Of a stretch of DNA of 64,000 nucleotides, positions 17,262-27,130 are shown one piece after another (the first letter of the stretch is position 1; each line of letters opens with the position of its first letter). The DNA is from an uncultured Acidobacteriota bacterium (GTDB lineage: Bacteria; Acidobacteriota; Vicinamibacteria; Vicinamibacterales; CAVVIG01). The notes under the pieces are model-generated. The model saw nothing but the letters and a program-made list of their open reading frames with translations, was not told the origin of the DNA and searched no databases. Location: assembly GCA_963728825.1 (NCBI GenBank), contig CAVSLA010000003.1, positions 208,361 through 272,360 on the forward strand, written 5' to 3'. The position numbers and the translations under genes are program-made.

Positions 17262-18151
17262 GGCAGTCCCCGCGCAATCTCGACGGCGGCCGCCAGATCA
17301 GGCAGGAGGTGCGGGTCGTTCTCTTCGATGCTGAACACGGCGACGAATGTTCTGACCCGGTTCGACATCATGCTGGTGGTGGCAATCGGTGAGAGGTGTT
17401 CGAGCCGCGCCTTGAATTGACGTGATGGATAGGAGTCGAGCGTGATGGTCGCCGCCTGCCCCGCCGCCAACCCGTGAATGTCGGCCTGGTTGATGTTCAC
17501 GCGGACCCGCATCGCCGACGGATCGACGACGTCCAGGATTGGCGTGCCTGGCCGCACCTCCTCGCCTTCGCGGACTTCGGCCATGTTCCCGGTCCGAAAC
17601 ACGCTTCTCAACACGACCAATCCGTCGATCGGGGCGACGATCTTCATCTTTTCAGCGTTGCCCTGCGCGTGCTTCCAGGCGTTGTCCGCACGCTGCTGCT
17701 GAATCTGCAGGATGCGCAGGTCGGCAGCCTCCACCTGCTGACGGAGCGCGAACGTCTTCGTCAGCTGCTGCAGACGCGCCGTCGCTTCCTCCAGCGTCTG
17801 CACGTTCTTCTCGGCGGCGATCGATCCCACGTTCTCGTTGCCGATCACCCCGAGCTTGGCGATCGCGACGTCGTTCGCCGCTTGTTTGAGCTGGCTCTCC
17901 CTGAGCGCCTGGGCTGTCAGATGCTCGCCGCGCCGCTTCTTCACCTGTTCAGTGATGTCGCGTGATTCGGCCTCCCGATCGCGGGCCGCTTTCAGCTGAT
18001 TCGTTCGATCGAACTCGACCAGCAGGTCGCCTTTCTTGACGAGGGTGCCCGCTGCGGCGAGCCGGACCACGATGAGCTGGTTCTGGACAGGGCCGGGGCC
18101 GGGTCCCGCTCCTCCGGTCAACCGCGGCGTCGAAACGGTGTGGCTCCGCAC
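17258..18151 (-). CDS. HlyD/MacA-family adaptor, third tandem paralog, 5-prime end apparently disrupted
   Basis: Same architecture (TLVKKGDLLVEFD, coiled coil). A matching signal peptide (MTVRPRNPACLVGLLALSLCLLA, 18327 downward) is in another frame. The homologous segment TVRLHGVVEPVRS is preceded by an in-frame TGA at 18191-18193. Confidence 0.65.
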   Translation of the reverse strand: MRSHTVSTPRLTGGAGPGPGPVQNQLIVVRLAAAGTLVKKGDLLVEFDRTNQLKAARDREAESRDITEQVKKRRGEHLTAQALRESQLKQAANDVAIAKLGVIGNENVGSIAAEKNVQTLEEATARLQQLTKTFALRQQVEAADLRILQIQQQRADNAWKHAQGNAEKMKIVAPIDGLVVLRSVFRTGNMAEVREGEEVRPGTPILDVVDPSAMRVRVNINQADIHGLAAGQAATITLDSYPSRQFKARLEHLSPIATTSMMSNRVRTFVAVFSIEENDPHLLPDLAAAVEIARGLP

Positions 18152-18346
18152 CGGCTCGACGACGCCGTGAAGCCGGACCGTCCGTGTGTCTCATTGGGAC
18201 TTGGCGTGTCGGGCGACGACCGGGCCAACATCGGCCCGGATTGCCCGGACATGGGTGAGGCAAGAAGGCAGAGCGAGAGCGCAAGGAGTCCGACGAGGCA
18301 AGCGGGGTTGCGCGGCCGAACGGTCATGCGTTCCGACTGCCGATAT

Positions 18347-18377
18347 TAGACGCCCATTCGGGCACAATGGACGTCTA
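18347..18377. promoter_or_regulatory. 12-bp-arm palindrome upstream of the adaptor/permease operon
   Basis: tagacgcccatt-cgggcac-aatggacgtcta, with one mismatch. It lies 20 nt upstream of the ATG at 18327. Confidence 0.3.
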
Positions 18378-18456
18378 TCTGCGGCGGTTTTTCGGGATTT
18401 GACGGCGGTTTTTTCGCAGGGCGGCGCCACCACGTGCGACGGGGGCACACGACTGG

Positions 18457-18744
18457 CTAGCGGATCGGTCTCCTCCGCGTCGGCGTCGGCTGCTCTCGAA
18501 GCTGCTTGATGCGCCCCATCAGCCCCTCGTGAAGGAACTGGATCCGCGAGAGCATCTGCTGGTTCTGGCCGAGCAGCTCGCTCCGCAGTGCAGAAACTTC
18601 CACTCTCAACTCGGCGAGCAGTTGCAGAATCTGCCGGTCGACACCCTCATCCCGCACGGCCTCGGTCACCAGGCCGTGCGGCGGCCCCTCGCCTGCCGGC
18701 GCCGCATTTTCAGGCCTGCCATCGGTTTCCATGAACACATGCAC
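18457..18744 (-). CDS. small coiled-coil hypothetical protein
   Basis: 95-aa ORF with an alternative ATG at 18732. Heptad-like segment LQLLAELRVEVSALRSELLGQNQQMLSRIQFLHEGLMGRIKQL. Confidence 0.45.
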   Translation of the reverse strand: MHVFMETDGRPENAAPAGEGPPHGLVTEAVRDEGVDRQILQLLAELRVEVSALRSELLGQNQQMLSRIQFLHEGLMGRIKQLREQPTPTRRRPIR

Positions 18745-18837
18745 TCCGCTTTCGCCGCGGAACGCCCGAAATCAGCTTCGGTTCGTTTCCGCGGGCCGAC
18801 CACACGACTGCGAAGCCTGTGCCGCCGGAGGAGTCCG

Positions 18838-20112
18838 TCAGGGTTTGCCGCCAATCGCGAACAACGTGTTCTGGCCTCTCAGGTAGATCTCGCCGTCGAT
18901 GATCGCCGGCGTCGCGATGAAGGTCTGGTCCTTCAGCGTGTTGGTCGCCAGGACCTCGAACTTCGGCCCCATGCGGACGACCACGACATCATCCGTTTCC
19001 GTCGCGAGGTAGAGCTTGCCGTTTGCGCCGACCGGAGACGCCTTGAACTGGTACGGCTTCGGCAATCGCTGCTGCAGGTAGTGCGGATTCCCTGTCTTGA
19101 CGTCGAGAGCTGAGAGCATGCCCGAATCGGTGAGCATGTAGAGGATGCCGTCGTGCAGGACCGGCGACGGCGTGTAGGAGTTGCCGCGCTGGTTTTCCCA
19201 GACGATTGCATCAGTGGCGGTGAGGTCGCCAGTGCGTCCGAGCCGGATGGCCATCAAGTTGGGGTTGCGATAGCCGCTCATCACGATGACCAGTCCGTCC
19301 GCGGCGACCGGCTGCGGAATCGTGTTCTGTCCCAGGCCGCGCGCCCACCAGATCCGCTTGCCGGTTTCGAGATCGTAGCCGACGCTCTCGCGGGTGGCAG
19401 ACACGATCACCTGTTTGCGCCCGTTGACGGTCGTCACATAGGGACCCGACCAGTTGGTGTTTCCCTGACGCGGCGTGCGCCAGCGCTCTTTGCCGGTCAC
19501 CTTGTCGAGCGCCACCAGGAACGACTCGCCTTCGTGATCCAGGACCACCAGCAGCGTGCCGTCCTCGAGCCAGGTCCACGCGCCTTCCCCGAACGTCATG
19601 AACATGCGGAGCGGACCGAAGTCCTTCTGCCAGACCGGCTGCCCATCGAGCGTGTAGGCGTAAAGACCACGCGATCCGAAGAACGCGTAGACATGCTTGC
19701 CGTCGGTGATCGGCGAGTTCGAGGCGAAGCTGCCGTAGGTCGAATGCGCCAGTTCGTGGGGTGTCTCGGTCTTCGCAACATGCCCCCAGAGGAGCTTGCC
19801 GCTCTTGCGATCGTAGCTCTGGACGACAAACCGATGTTCAACGAGCCGCGCTTTCGCCGCGGCCGCATCGGTCGGCACCGCCGTCGTCAGAAAGATCCGA
19901 TCACCCCAGACCACCGGGGAGGAAAATCCCCGACCGGGGATGTTGGCTTTCCAGCGAATCCCTTCGGTGTCGCTCCAACGCAGGGGCGCATCGCCGCGCG
20001 CCATGCCGGTCGCATCCGCTCCGCGCCAGTAGGCCCAATCGCCGTCCGCCGCGATGACGAATACGTTTAAAAGGATGAATATCGCGAAGCTCGACGTGAT
20101 GAATCGTCTCAT
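18838..20112 (-). CDS. PQQ-like (BamB-like) beta-propeller repeat protein, secreted
   Basis: Likely start is MRRFITSSFAIFILLNVFVIA at 20112 (the ORF is open to 20352). It has repeated propeller blades with W/G patterns (DGDWAYWRG, VVWGDRIFL, LLWGH). Confidence 0.8.
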   Translation of the reverse strand: MRRFITSSFAIFILLNVFVIAADGDWAYWRGADATGMARGDAPLRWSDTEGIRWKANIPGRGFSSPVVWGDRIFLTTAVPTDAAAAKARLVEHRFVVQSYDRKSGKLLWGHVAKTETPHELAHSTYGSFASNSPITDGKHVYAFFGSRGLYAYTLDGQPVWQKDFGPLRMFMTFGEGAWTWLEDGTLLVVLDHEGESFLVALDKVTGKERWRTPRQGNTNWSGPYVTTVNGRKQVIVSATRESVGYDLETGKRIWWARGLGQNTIPQPVAADGLVIVMSGYRNPNLMAIRLGRTGDLTATDAIVWENQRGNSYTPSPVLHDGILYMLTDSGMLSALDVKTGNPHYLQQRLPKPYQFKASPVGANGKLYLATETDDVVVVRMGPKFEVLATNTLKDQTFIATPAIIDGEIYLRGQNTLFAIGGKP

Positions 20113-20224
20113 GCGGCGTACCGTACCACAGCCGGTCGTCGGTGGAGGCACCGGGTCATCTGAACCCCGCGCTGCCCCGCAATCTCCGCTAAAATGAGCT
20201 GCACCACGGCTCTCGCCGGATGGC

Positions 20225-22715
20225 ATGACGAACTCTGTCACCGTTCTCATCGCAGGCTGGCTGATCGCCCTTGTCGCGCTGTCGCCACAGGTGCAGGCAG
20301 CCCGACCGCAGCAGGGTGTATCTTCGGCATCCTCCCAGCAGGCGCTGCTCAATCGCTACTGTGTCTCCTGCCACAACGAGCGGCTGAAGACCGCTGAACT
20401 CGTGTTGAGTGAGGGCGTCGATAGCCCGGGCGCGGACGCGGCGCGGTGGGAGAAGGTAATCCGCAAGCTGCGCGCCGGCGTCATGCCGCCGCCAGGACTT
20501 CCCCGACCCGACGCCGCAGCCTACGCGTCGTTCACATCGGCACTCGAGCAGGCGCTCGATCGCGCGGCGGCCGCGCAGCCGAACCCGGGACGCAAGGCGC
20601 CGTTTCATCGCCTCAACCGCGCGGAGTATCAGAACGCGGTCCGCGATCTGCTCGGGGTCGACGTCGACGTCTCGGCGCTCCTGCCCGGAGACGATGCGAG
20701 CTACGGGTTTGACAACATCGCGGGCGTGCTGCGCATGTCGCCGACGCTGATGGAACGCTACCTGGGTGCGGCGCAGAAGATCAGCCGCCTCGCCGTGGGC
20801 GTGGCACCGCCGATACCGAGCGTTGAGACCGTCCAGCTCCGCGAGGACCTGCGGCAGGACGACCAGGTGGCCGGGTTGCCGCCGGGCACGCGAGGCGGGA
20901 CGCTGATTCCCTACACGTTTCCGTTGGATGCGGAGTACGTGATTCAGGTGCGACTGTCACGCCGCGGCGCGAGCGGCGGCGAGGACATTGACATCCCGCC
21001 GTTCGCCGAGACGCACCAGCTCGAGGTCAGCATCGATGGCGAGCGCCTCGGCCTGTTCACCCTCGAAGGGCTGGCGCAGGGTGGAGGCCGTGGGATGCGC
21101 GCGGCCTCGGGATCGCGCAGCACGCTGGACGCCAACTGGAATGTGCGCGTGCCGGTCAAGGCTGGACCGCGCCAGGTGGCCGTGACTTTCCTGAGGAAGT
21201 CGTCCGCCTCGCCCGAAACCGCGCGACTGCCGTTTCTCCGTCCATACGCCGGCGCCGGCGGGGACACGCGCGTGCAGCCCTACCTGAGCACGGTCACGAT
21301 CAGCGGGCCCTATTCGCCGACCGGGCCGGGCCGGACGCCGAGCCGTGAACGCATCTTCACGTGCTATCCGGCGCAAGCGGCGGACCTGCAGGTCCGCACG
21401 AATACGTCCACCGCCTGCGCGCGTACCGATCCTGAAGACTCTCGCTCGCCGCGCCTATCGTCGTCCCGCCACGGACGACGACGTGGAGCGCCTGATGGCG
21501 TTCTACGAGGAAGGGCATGCCGACGCAGGTTTCGATGCCGGCATCCAGCGAGCGCTCGAGCGGCTGCTCGTCAGCCCGCAGTTTCTGTTCCGGATCGAGC
21601 GCGATCCGGCGGGCGTCGCACCGAACGCGTCGTACCGCGTCGGCGACGTCGAGCTTGCGTCGCGCCTGTCGTTCTTCCTCTGGAGCAGCATCCCGGACGA
21701 CGAGTTGCTCGTTCTCGCGACCGCGAACAAGCTGGGCCAACCGCAGGTACTCGAGGCGCAGGTGCGGCGCATGCTGGCCGACAAGCGATCGCGTGCGCTC
21801 ATCGAGAACTTCGCCGGCCAGTGGCTGTATCTGAGAAATCTCGATGGCCTGCAGCCGGACGTCGACCTCTTCCCCGACTTCGACGACACGTTGCGCCAGT
21901 CGTTCAGGCAGGAAACCGAGCTGGTGGTGGAGAGCGTGCTGCGCGAAGATCGGAGCGTCCTCGATCTCCTGAACGCCGATTACACCTTCGTGAACGAGCG
22001 GCTGGCGCGACACTACGGCATCCCGAACATCAGAGGCAGCGATTTCCGCCGCGTCGCGGTGTCCGACGAGAACCGCCGCGGCCTGCTCGGTCAGGGCAGC
22101 ATTCTGGCGGTGACCGCGTATCCGCATCGTACTTCTCCCGTGCTGCGCGGCAAGTGGGTGCTCGAGAACCTGCTCGGCACGCCGCCTCCCCCGCCGCCGC
22201 CGAACGTGCCGAGCCTGGACGAAAGCGCGCCGTCGACGCGAGTACCGTCGATGCGCGAGCGGATGGCGCAGCACCGCGCGAACGCCACCTGCGCGAGCTG
22301 CCACCAGATGATGGACCCGCCCGGGCTGGCGCTCGAGAACTTCGATGCCGTCGGCCGCTGGCGCGATCGAGATCAGGCGTTCGAGCCGATCGACAACTCA
22401 GGCGTCCTTCCGGACGGCACGACATTCGAAGGGGCGGCGGGTCTGCGGCGCGTGCTCCTGGCGCAATCGGATCTGTTCATCTCCACGCTGACCGAGAAGC
22501 TCATGACCTACGCGCTCGGCCGCGGCGTGGAGTATTACGACATGCCGGCGGTGCGCGCGATCATGCGCGACGCCGCCAGACACGACAACAAGCTCTCGTC
22601 GATTGTCCTGGGCATCGTCTCGAGCCAGCCGTTCCAGAATCGCAGGGCGGACCTCTCAGGTCCACCAGCAGACCGTAGGGCGGACCTGTTAGGTCCGCCA
22701 GGAGACCAACGATGA
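20225..22715 (+). pseudogene. DUF1587/DUF1592/DUF1595/DUF1588/DUF1585-type protein with N-terminal CXXCH, one frameshift (or assembly error)
   Basis: Motifs: CVSCH heme motif, FHRLNRAEYQNAVRDLLGVD, YGFDNIA, LARRAYRRP, GQWLYLRNL, CASCHQMMDPPGLALENFDAVGRWR. The frame changes between 21419 and 21429, from track ORF 20225-22678 to ORF 21345-22715. Confidence 0.7.
22642..22699. repeat. two REP-like palindromes (GGCGGACCT-loop-AGGTCC[AG]CC) inside the 3-prime end of the DUF1592-type ORF
   Basis: The copies are at 22642-22666 and 22675-22699. They translate as ADLSGPP and ADLLGPP. Confidence 0.75.
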
Positions 22716-24064
22716 GTTTCGTCACGACGAAATCCCTGCCGCGGCGGACCCTGCTTCGGGGGATGGGCGCAGCGCTGGCTCTCCCGTTTCTGGACGCGAT
22801 GGTGCCGGCGCTGGTCGGCGCCGAGCCCAAGCCGGCGCGTCGGCTCGGGTTCGTCTACATGCCGAACGGCGTCGCGAAGAATCACGAGTGGGACCGCTGG
22901 ACGCCGGCCGGGGTCGGCGCGGCATTCGAGTTCTCGCCGATCCTGGCGCCGATGGCGCCGCTGCGCGATCGTCTCGTCGTCATCAGCGGCCTGAGTCAGA
23001 TGGAAGCGAATGCCGCCGGCGACGGCAACGGCGATCACACGCGCGGGACCGCGACGTGGCTGAGCGGCGTCAGGCCCAAGTGGACCGAGGGCGCCGACGT
23101 CCAGGCCGCGACCACGGTCGACCAGATTGCGGCGACGCGGCTCGGCGCCGACACGCCGCTGCCGTCGATCGAAGTCGGCATCGACTCCAACTACCGCATG
23201 GGCAGCTGCGAGAACGGCTACAGCTGCGTCTACATGAACACCCTTGCCTGGCGGACACCGACCACGCCGCTGCCGGTCGAGAACAACCCGCGCGTGCTGT
23301 TCGAACGCCTGTTCGGCGAGGGAGGCACCACCGCACAGCGTGTGCGGCAGATGCGGAAGAACCGCAGCATTCTCGACTCGGTACTGAGCGAGATCGCCGA
23401 TCTGCAGCGCACGCTCGGCGCCGGCGACCGCGCCACCGTCGGCGACTACGTCGAGTCGGTGCGCGAGGTCGAGCGACGCATCCAGCGTGCCGAGTCGCAG
23501 AGCGATCAAGGCGCGCTGCCCGATCTCGATCGGCCGCTGGGCGTGCCCGATCGTTTCGACGAACACGTCCGTCTGATGTTCGACCTCCAACTGCTGGCGT
23601 TTCGCGCCGACCTGACCCGCGTCAGCACCTTCATGCTGGGGCGCGAGGTCAATTCGCGAATCTTCCCGGAGATTGGCATCACCGAGCCGCACCACGGCCT
23701 CTCGCACCACGGGAATCGCCAGGAACCCTTCGAGAAGTACGCCAAGATCAACACCTACTTCACGCAGCTCGCGGCCGACTTCTTCGAGAAGCTGCGGTCG
23801 ACGCCGGAAGGCGACGCCAATCTTCTCGACAATTCCTTGTTCCTGTTCGGCGGCGCGCTTGGCAACGGCAACGAGCACGCGCATCACGATCTCCCGGTCG
23901 TCGTGCTGGGCGGCGGCGACCGGCTCAAAGGCGGCCGTCACCTCGTCGTGCCGCCTCGGACGCCGATGACGAACCTGCTCCTGTCGCTGCTCGACAAGAT
24001 CGACCATCCGCTGGACAACCTCGGCGACAGCACCGGCACCTTGAATCTGCTCGCAGGAGTGTGA
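22712..24064 (+). CDS. DUF1552 domain protein with Tat-type signal
   Basis: The N-terminus LPRRTLLRGMGAALALPFLDAM is typical of the family. ATGA overlap with the upstream gene. Confidence 0.85.
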   Translation: MSFVTTKSLPRRTLLRGMGAALALPFLDAMVPALVGAEPKPARRLGFVYMPNGVAKNHEWDRWTPAGVGAAFEFSPILAPMAPLRDRLVVISGLSQMEANAAGDGNGDHTRGTATWLSGVRPKWTEGADVQAATTVDQIAATRLGADTPLPSIEVGIDSNYRMGSCENGYSCVYMNTLAWRTPTTPLPVENNPRVLFERLFGEGGTTAQRVRQMRKNRSILDSVLSEIADLQRTLGAGDRATVGDYVESVREVERRIQRAESQSDQGALPDLDRPLGVPDRFDEHVRLMFDLQLLAFRADLTRVSTFMLGREVNSRIFPEIGITEPHHGLSHHGNRQEPFEKYAKINTYFTQLAADFFEKLRSTPEGDANLLDNSLFLFGGALGNGNEHAHHDLPVVVLGGGDRLKGGRHLVVPPRTPMTNLLLSLLDKIDHPLDNLGDSTGTLNLLAGV

Positions 24065-25494
24065 TGCGCCGCTGCTGTTCGTTCTTGACCGCGCTTCTCC
24101 TGACGACGCCGCTGACGGCGTCTGCCGCGGACGCGCGTCTCTCCGACCTCATCCGCACCGCCGACTTGACCGCGATCCGCGCCGCGCTGCCAGGCGCCGA
24201 CGTCAACGGCGCGGACGCCGACGGCTCGACGCCGCTGCACTGGGCCGTCCAGCGCGACGACGAGAGGATCGTGGAGCTGCTGATCCGGGCGGGCGCGAAC
24301 GTCACGGCCGCCAACCGCTACCAGGTGACGCCACTCACCGTCGCGTGCACCAATGGCAACGCGACCATCGTCAGTCTCCTCCTCCAGGCCGGCGCCGACC
24401 CGAATGCTGCCGCCGCCGACGGCGAGACGGCGCTGATGACCGCAGCGCGGACGGGCAAGGTGGATGTGGTCGGCGCGCTCATTGCACGAGGCGCGAACGT
24501 CAACGCCAAGGAAGGCTGGCGCGGGCAGACTGCTCTGATGTGGGCGGCGATCGAGAATAATGCCGCCGCAGCGCAGGCGCTCATCGAAGGCGGCGCCGAC
24601 CTCGCCGCCCGCTCGCAGGGCGGCTTCACCGCACTCCTCTTCGCGTCACGCGGCGGTCATGTCGACACCGCGCGCGTCCTGGTCGCCGCCGGCGCGAAGG
24701 TCGACGAGAAGCTGCCGGACGGCACCAGCCCGCTGGTGCTTGCGACGATCAACGCTCACTACGAGCTTGCGTCCTGGCTGCTCGACCACGGCGCCGATGC
24801 CAATGCCGCCGAGCAGGGCTGGACGGCGCTTCATCAGCTGGCGTGGACGCGCCGACCGAACAAGGGTTTCGCGAACCCGGGTCCGGTGTCGACCGGGTCG
24901 ATCGACAGCCTCGAGCTCGTCGAGATCCTCGTGAAGCACGGCGCCGACGTCAACGCGCGTCAGACGAAAGAGCCGCGCGACGGCTACCGCAACATGCTCG
25001 ATCGGACCGGCGCCACGCCGTTCCTGCTCGCCGCCAAATCGGCAGACGTCGACCTGATGCGGGCGCTCCTGGCGCAGGGCGCCGACCCGCTGCTGCCGAC
25101 GAAGGACAACAGCACGCCGCTGATGGTCGCCGCCGGCGTTGGGATCTGGAACGTGGGCGAAAACCCCGGCACCAACGACGAGGCGCTCGAGGCGGTGAAG
25201 CTGATTTTTGGGCTGGGCGGGGTCGTCACCGCAGCGAACGACAACGGCTACACGGCGCTCCACGGCGCCGCGCACCGCGGCGCCAACGACCTCGTCACCT
25301 GGCTCGTCGAGAAGGGGGCAAGTCTCGATGCAAAGCTGACCAAGCCAGGAGGCGGTTCCGAAGGAACCGGCGGATGGCGGGCCGGCTGGACGCCACTGAC
25401 CATCGCCGAGGGTGTCTTCTACGCCGCCGCCTTCAAGGCGCATCCTGAGACCGCGGCTCTCCTTCGACAGCTCATGAAAGCGCCGTCTCCGTAG
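24064..25494 (+). CDS. secreted ankyrin-repeat protein
   Basis: The ATG overlaps the upstream TGA (TGATG). Signal peptide, then at least 10 repeats of G.TPLH.A...G....V..LL..GA..N. Only the last 476 codons of track ORF 22888-25494 are real. Confidence 0.85.
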   Translation: MRRCCSFLTALLLTTPLTASAADARLSDLIRTADLTAIRAALPGADVNGADADGSTPLHWAVQRDDERIVELLIRAGANVTAANRYQVTPLTVACTNGNATIVSLLLQAGADPNAAAADGETALMTAARTGKVDVVGALIARGANVNAKEGWRGQTALMWAAIENNAAAAQALIEGGADLAARSQGGFTALLFASRGGHVDTARVLVAAGAKVDEKLPDGTSPLVLATINAHYELASWLLDHGADANAAEQGWTALHQLAWTRRPNKGFANPGPVSTGSIDSLELVEILVKHGADVNARQTKEPRDGYRNMLDRTGATPFLLAAKSADVDLMRALLAQGADPLLPTKDNSTPLMVAAGVGIWNVGENPGTNDEALEAVKLIFGLGGVVTAANDNGYTALHGAAHRGANDLVTWLVEKGASLDAKLTKPGGGSEGTGGWRAGWTPLTIAEGVFYAAAFKAHPETAALLRQLMKAPSP

Positions 25495-25507
25495 CCCGTC
25501 GTGTGCG

Positions 25508-27130
25508 CTACGTCCACTCTTTGCGGCGAATCCAAATCCCGTCCGCCGCTCGAATGGCCAGCGCACCGATGGTCGACGTCGGGTTCACGCCGGCCGACGT
25601 CGTAAACGAGCTGCCATCGACGACGAACAGATTGGGAACGTCGTGGGCCTGATGCCACGCGTCGACGACGGAGGTCTTCGGGTCGCTGCCCATGCGCGCG
25701 GTGCCCATGTAGTGCGCAAAGTTCATCACCCTGCCTGAATCAAGGACGCGCGACGCGCCGGCTGCCTCGAGGACCTGTCGCGCAGCGGCGGCGCCATGGG
25801 CGAGCATCTGGACCGTGTTGTCGCCCGCCCGGTACGTGACGCGCGGCGCTGGTATGGCGTTCGAGTCCTTCGAGTCGGCATCGAGCTCGACACGGTTCAC
25901 GTCCTCGGGGAGATCCTCGGCCATCACCGCAATCCCCACGCTGTGGCCGAACCGCCGCGCCATCTCCTCGTGATGCCCACGTCCCCAGGGCACCGGCTCG
26001 CTGTCGCCCCACGCAACGCTGGCCGGTCCAAACGGGCGGTAGACCATCAGCGAGTAGCCCCGCACGAAGCCGCGTCCCCGATCGGTCTCGTAGAACTGCT
26101 GGCTGAAAAAGGGATTGCCGGTGAATGTTTCCGTCTCGAACGGCTCATCGAAGATGCCTTCGACGTAGCGGCTCGGATGGTTCATGAAATGTTTGCCGAC
26201 GTTGCCGGTCGAATTTGCCAGCCCGTCGGGAAACCGCTTCGATTTCGAGGCGAGCAACAGCCGCGGCGTGCCGATGCCGTTGCAGCACACGACGACGACC
26301 CGCGCGCGCTGCTGCTGCAGATTGCCGCGGCGGTCGAAGTACAGGACGCCGCTCACGCGGCCGTCGTCACCGACGGTGATCTCCCGGACCCGCGCCCAGG
26401 TCGTCAGCCTCGCACCCGCCTTCAGCGCTTTCGGCCAGTAGACGACGTCGGCCGACGCTTTGGCCTGGAGCGGGCAGCCGAAGTTACAGCGGCCGCGATT
26501 GTCGCAGCCGATGCGCCCGTCGTAATTGCGCGAAATGATCGCGTTGTCGGACGGCCACCAGTGCCACCCGAGCTTCTCGAAGCCGCGCACCAGCGCCTCG
26601 CCCGACCGGCCGAGTGGCAGGGGTGGGGTGGGGCGCGGCGCCCTGAGGGGATTGGCCGGGTCGCCGGCGATGCCCGACACGCCGATCATCCTATCGTTGA
26701 TGTCGTAGAAGGGTTCGAGGTCCGTATACGAGATCGGCCAGTCGTCGGCCACGGCATCGAGGCGGCGGACAGCGAAGTCGGACGGATGGAACCGCGGGAA
26801 ATGTCCTTCCCAATGCACCGTGCTGCCGCCCACACCATTCCACATGACGATGTAGGTGGGGCCGGTGCCGGCGGTTGTCACCGGGTAGTCCTCACGGCGC
26901 TTGCGGTCGTTCGGGAACAGGGCGTAGCGGCCGCGTTTCAGCGACGCCTCGAAGTCATGACGCTCGGAGGCGAAGTCGCCCGGGCGCAGCCAGTCCCCCT
27001 GCTCGAGGCACAGCACCGACGCGCCCTGCGAGGCAAGGCGCCAGGTCAGCGCCGCGCCGGCCGCGCCGGATCCGATCACGACGACGTCGACGCGGTCTCG
27101 CGCTGCCTGCGGGGTCGCCTGCAGGCTCAT
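25508..27130 (-). CDS. GMC-family FAD oxidoreductase
   Basis: N-terminal VDVVVIGSGAAGAALT dinucleotide fold. 540 aa, with C-terminal GMC-type blocks (HYMGTARMG). Confidence 0.85.
   Translation of the reverse strand: MSLQATPQAARDRVDVVVIGSGAAGAALTWRLASQGASVLCLEQGDWLRPGDFASERHDFEASLKRGRYALFPNDRKRREDYPVTTAGTGPTYIVMWNGVGGSTVHWEGHFPRFHPSDFAVRRLDAVADDWPISYTDLEPFYDINDRMIGVSGIAGDPANPLRAPRPTPPLPLGRSGEALVRGFEKLGWHWWPSDNAIISRNYDGRIGCDNRGRCNFGCPLQAKASADVVYWPKALKAGARLTTWARVREITVGDDGRVSGVLYFDRRGNLQQQRARVVVVCCNGIGTPRLLLASKSKRFPDGLANSTGNVGKHFMNHPSRYVEGIFDEPFETETFTGNPFFSQQFYETDRGRGFVRGYSLMVYRPFGPASVAWGDSEPVPWGRGHHEEMARRFGHSVGIAVMAEDLPEDVNRVELDADSKDSNAIPAPRVTYRAGDNTVQMLAHGAAAARQVLEAAGASRVLDSGRVMNFAHYMGTARMGSDPKTSVVDAWHQAHDVPNLFVVDGSSFTTSAGVNPTSTIGALAIRAADGIWIRRKEWT

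Noticed and set aside
18191-18193. In-frame TGA in the 5-prime region of the third adaptor gene, and TGA at 52638-52640 in the MetE-like gene, as selenocysteine codons
   Set aside because: Neither lies at a redox-active Cys position. I saw no convincing downstream hairpin, and both genes carry additional frameshifts, so they are more simply nonsense lesions.
20112-20352. N-terminal 80-codon extension of the PQQ-propeller ORF (and similar extensions at 27697-27807, 54659-54796, 55940-56059)
   Set aside because: The extensions have non-protein-like composition or are repeat-encoded. A signal peptide or Shine-Dalgarno-preceded ATG lies further downstream.
22888-25494. 868-aa ORF
   Set aside because: Only the last 476 codons (ankyrin protein, from ATG 24064) are real. 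The upstream part is an alternative frame of the DUF1552 gene with Arg-rich nonsense composition.
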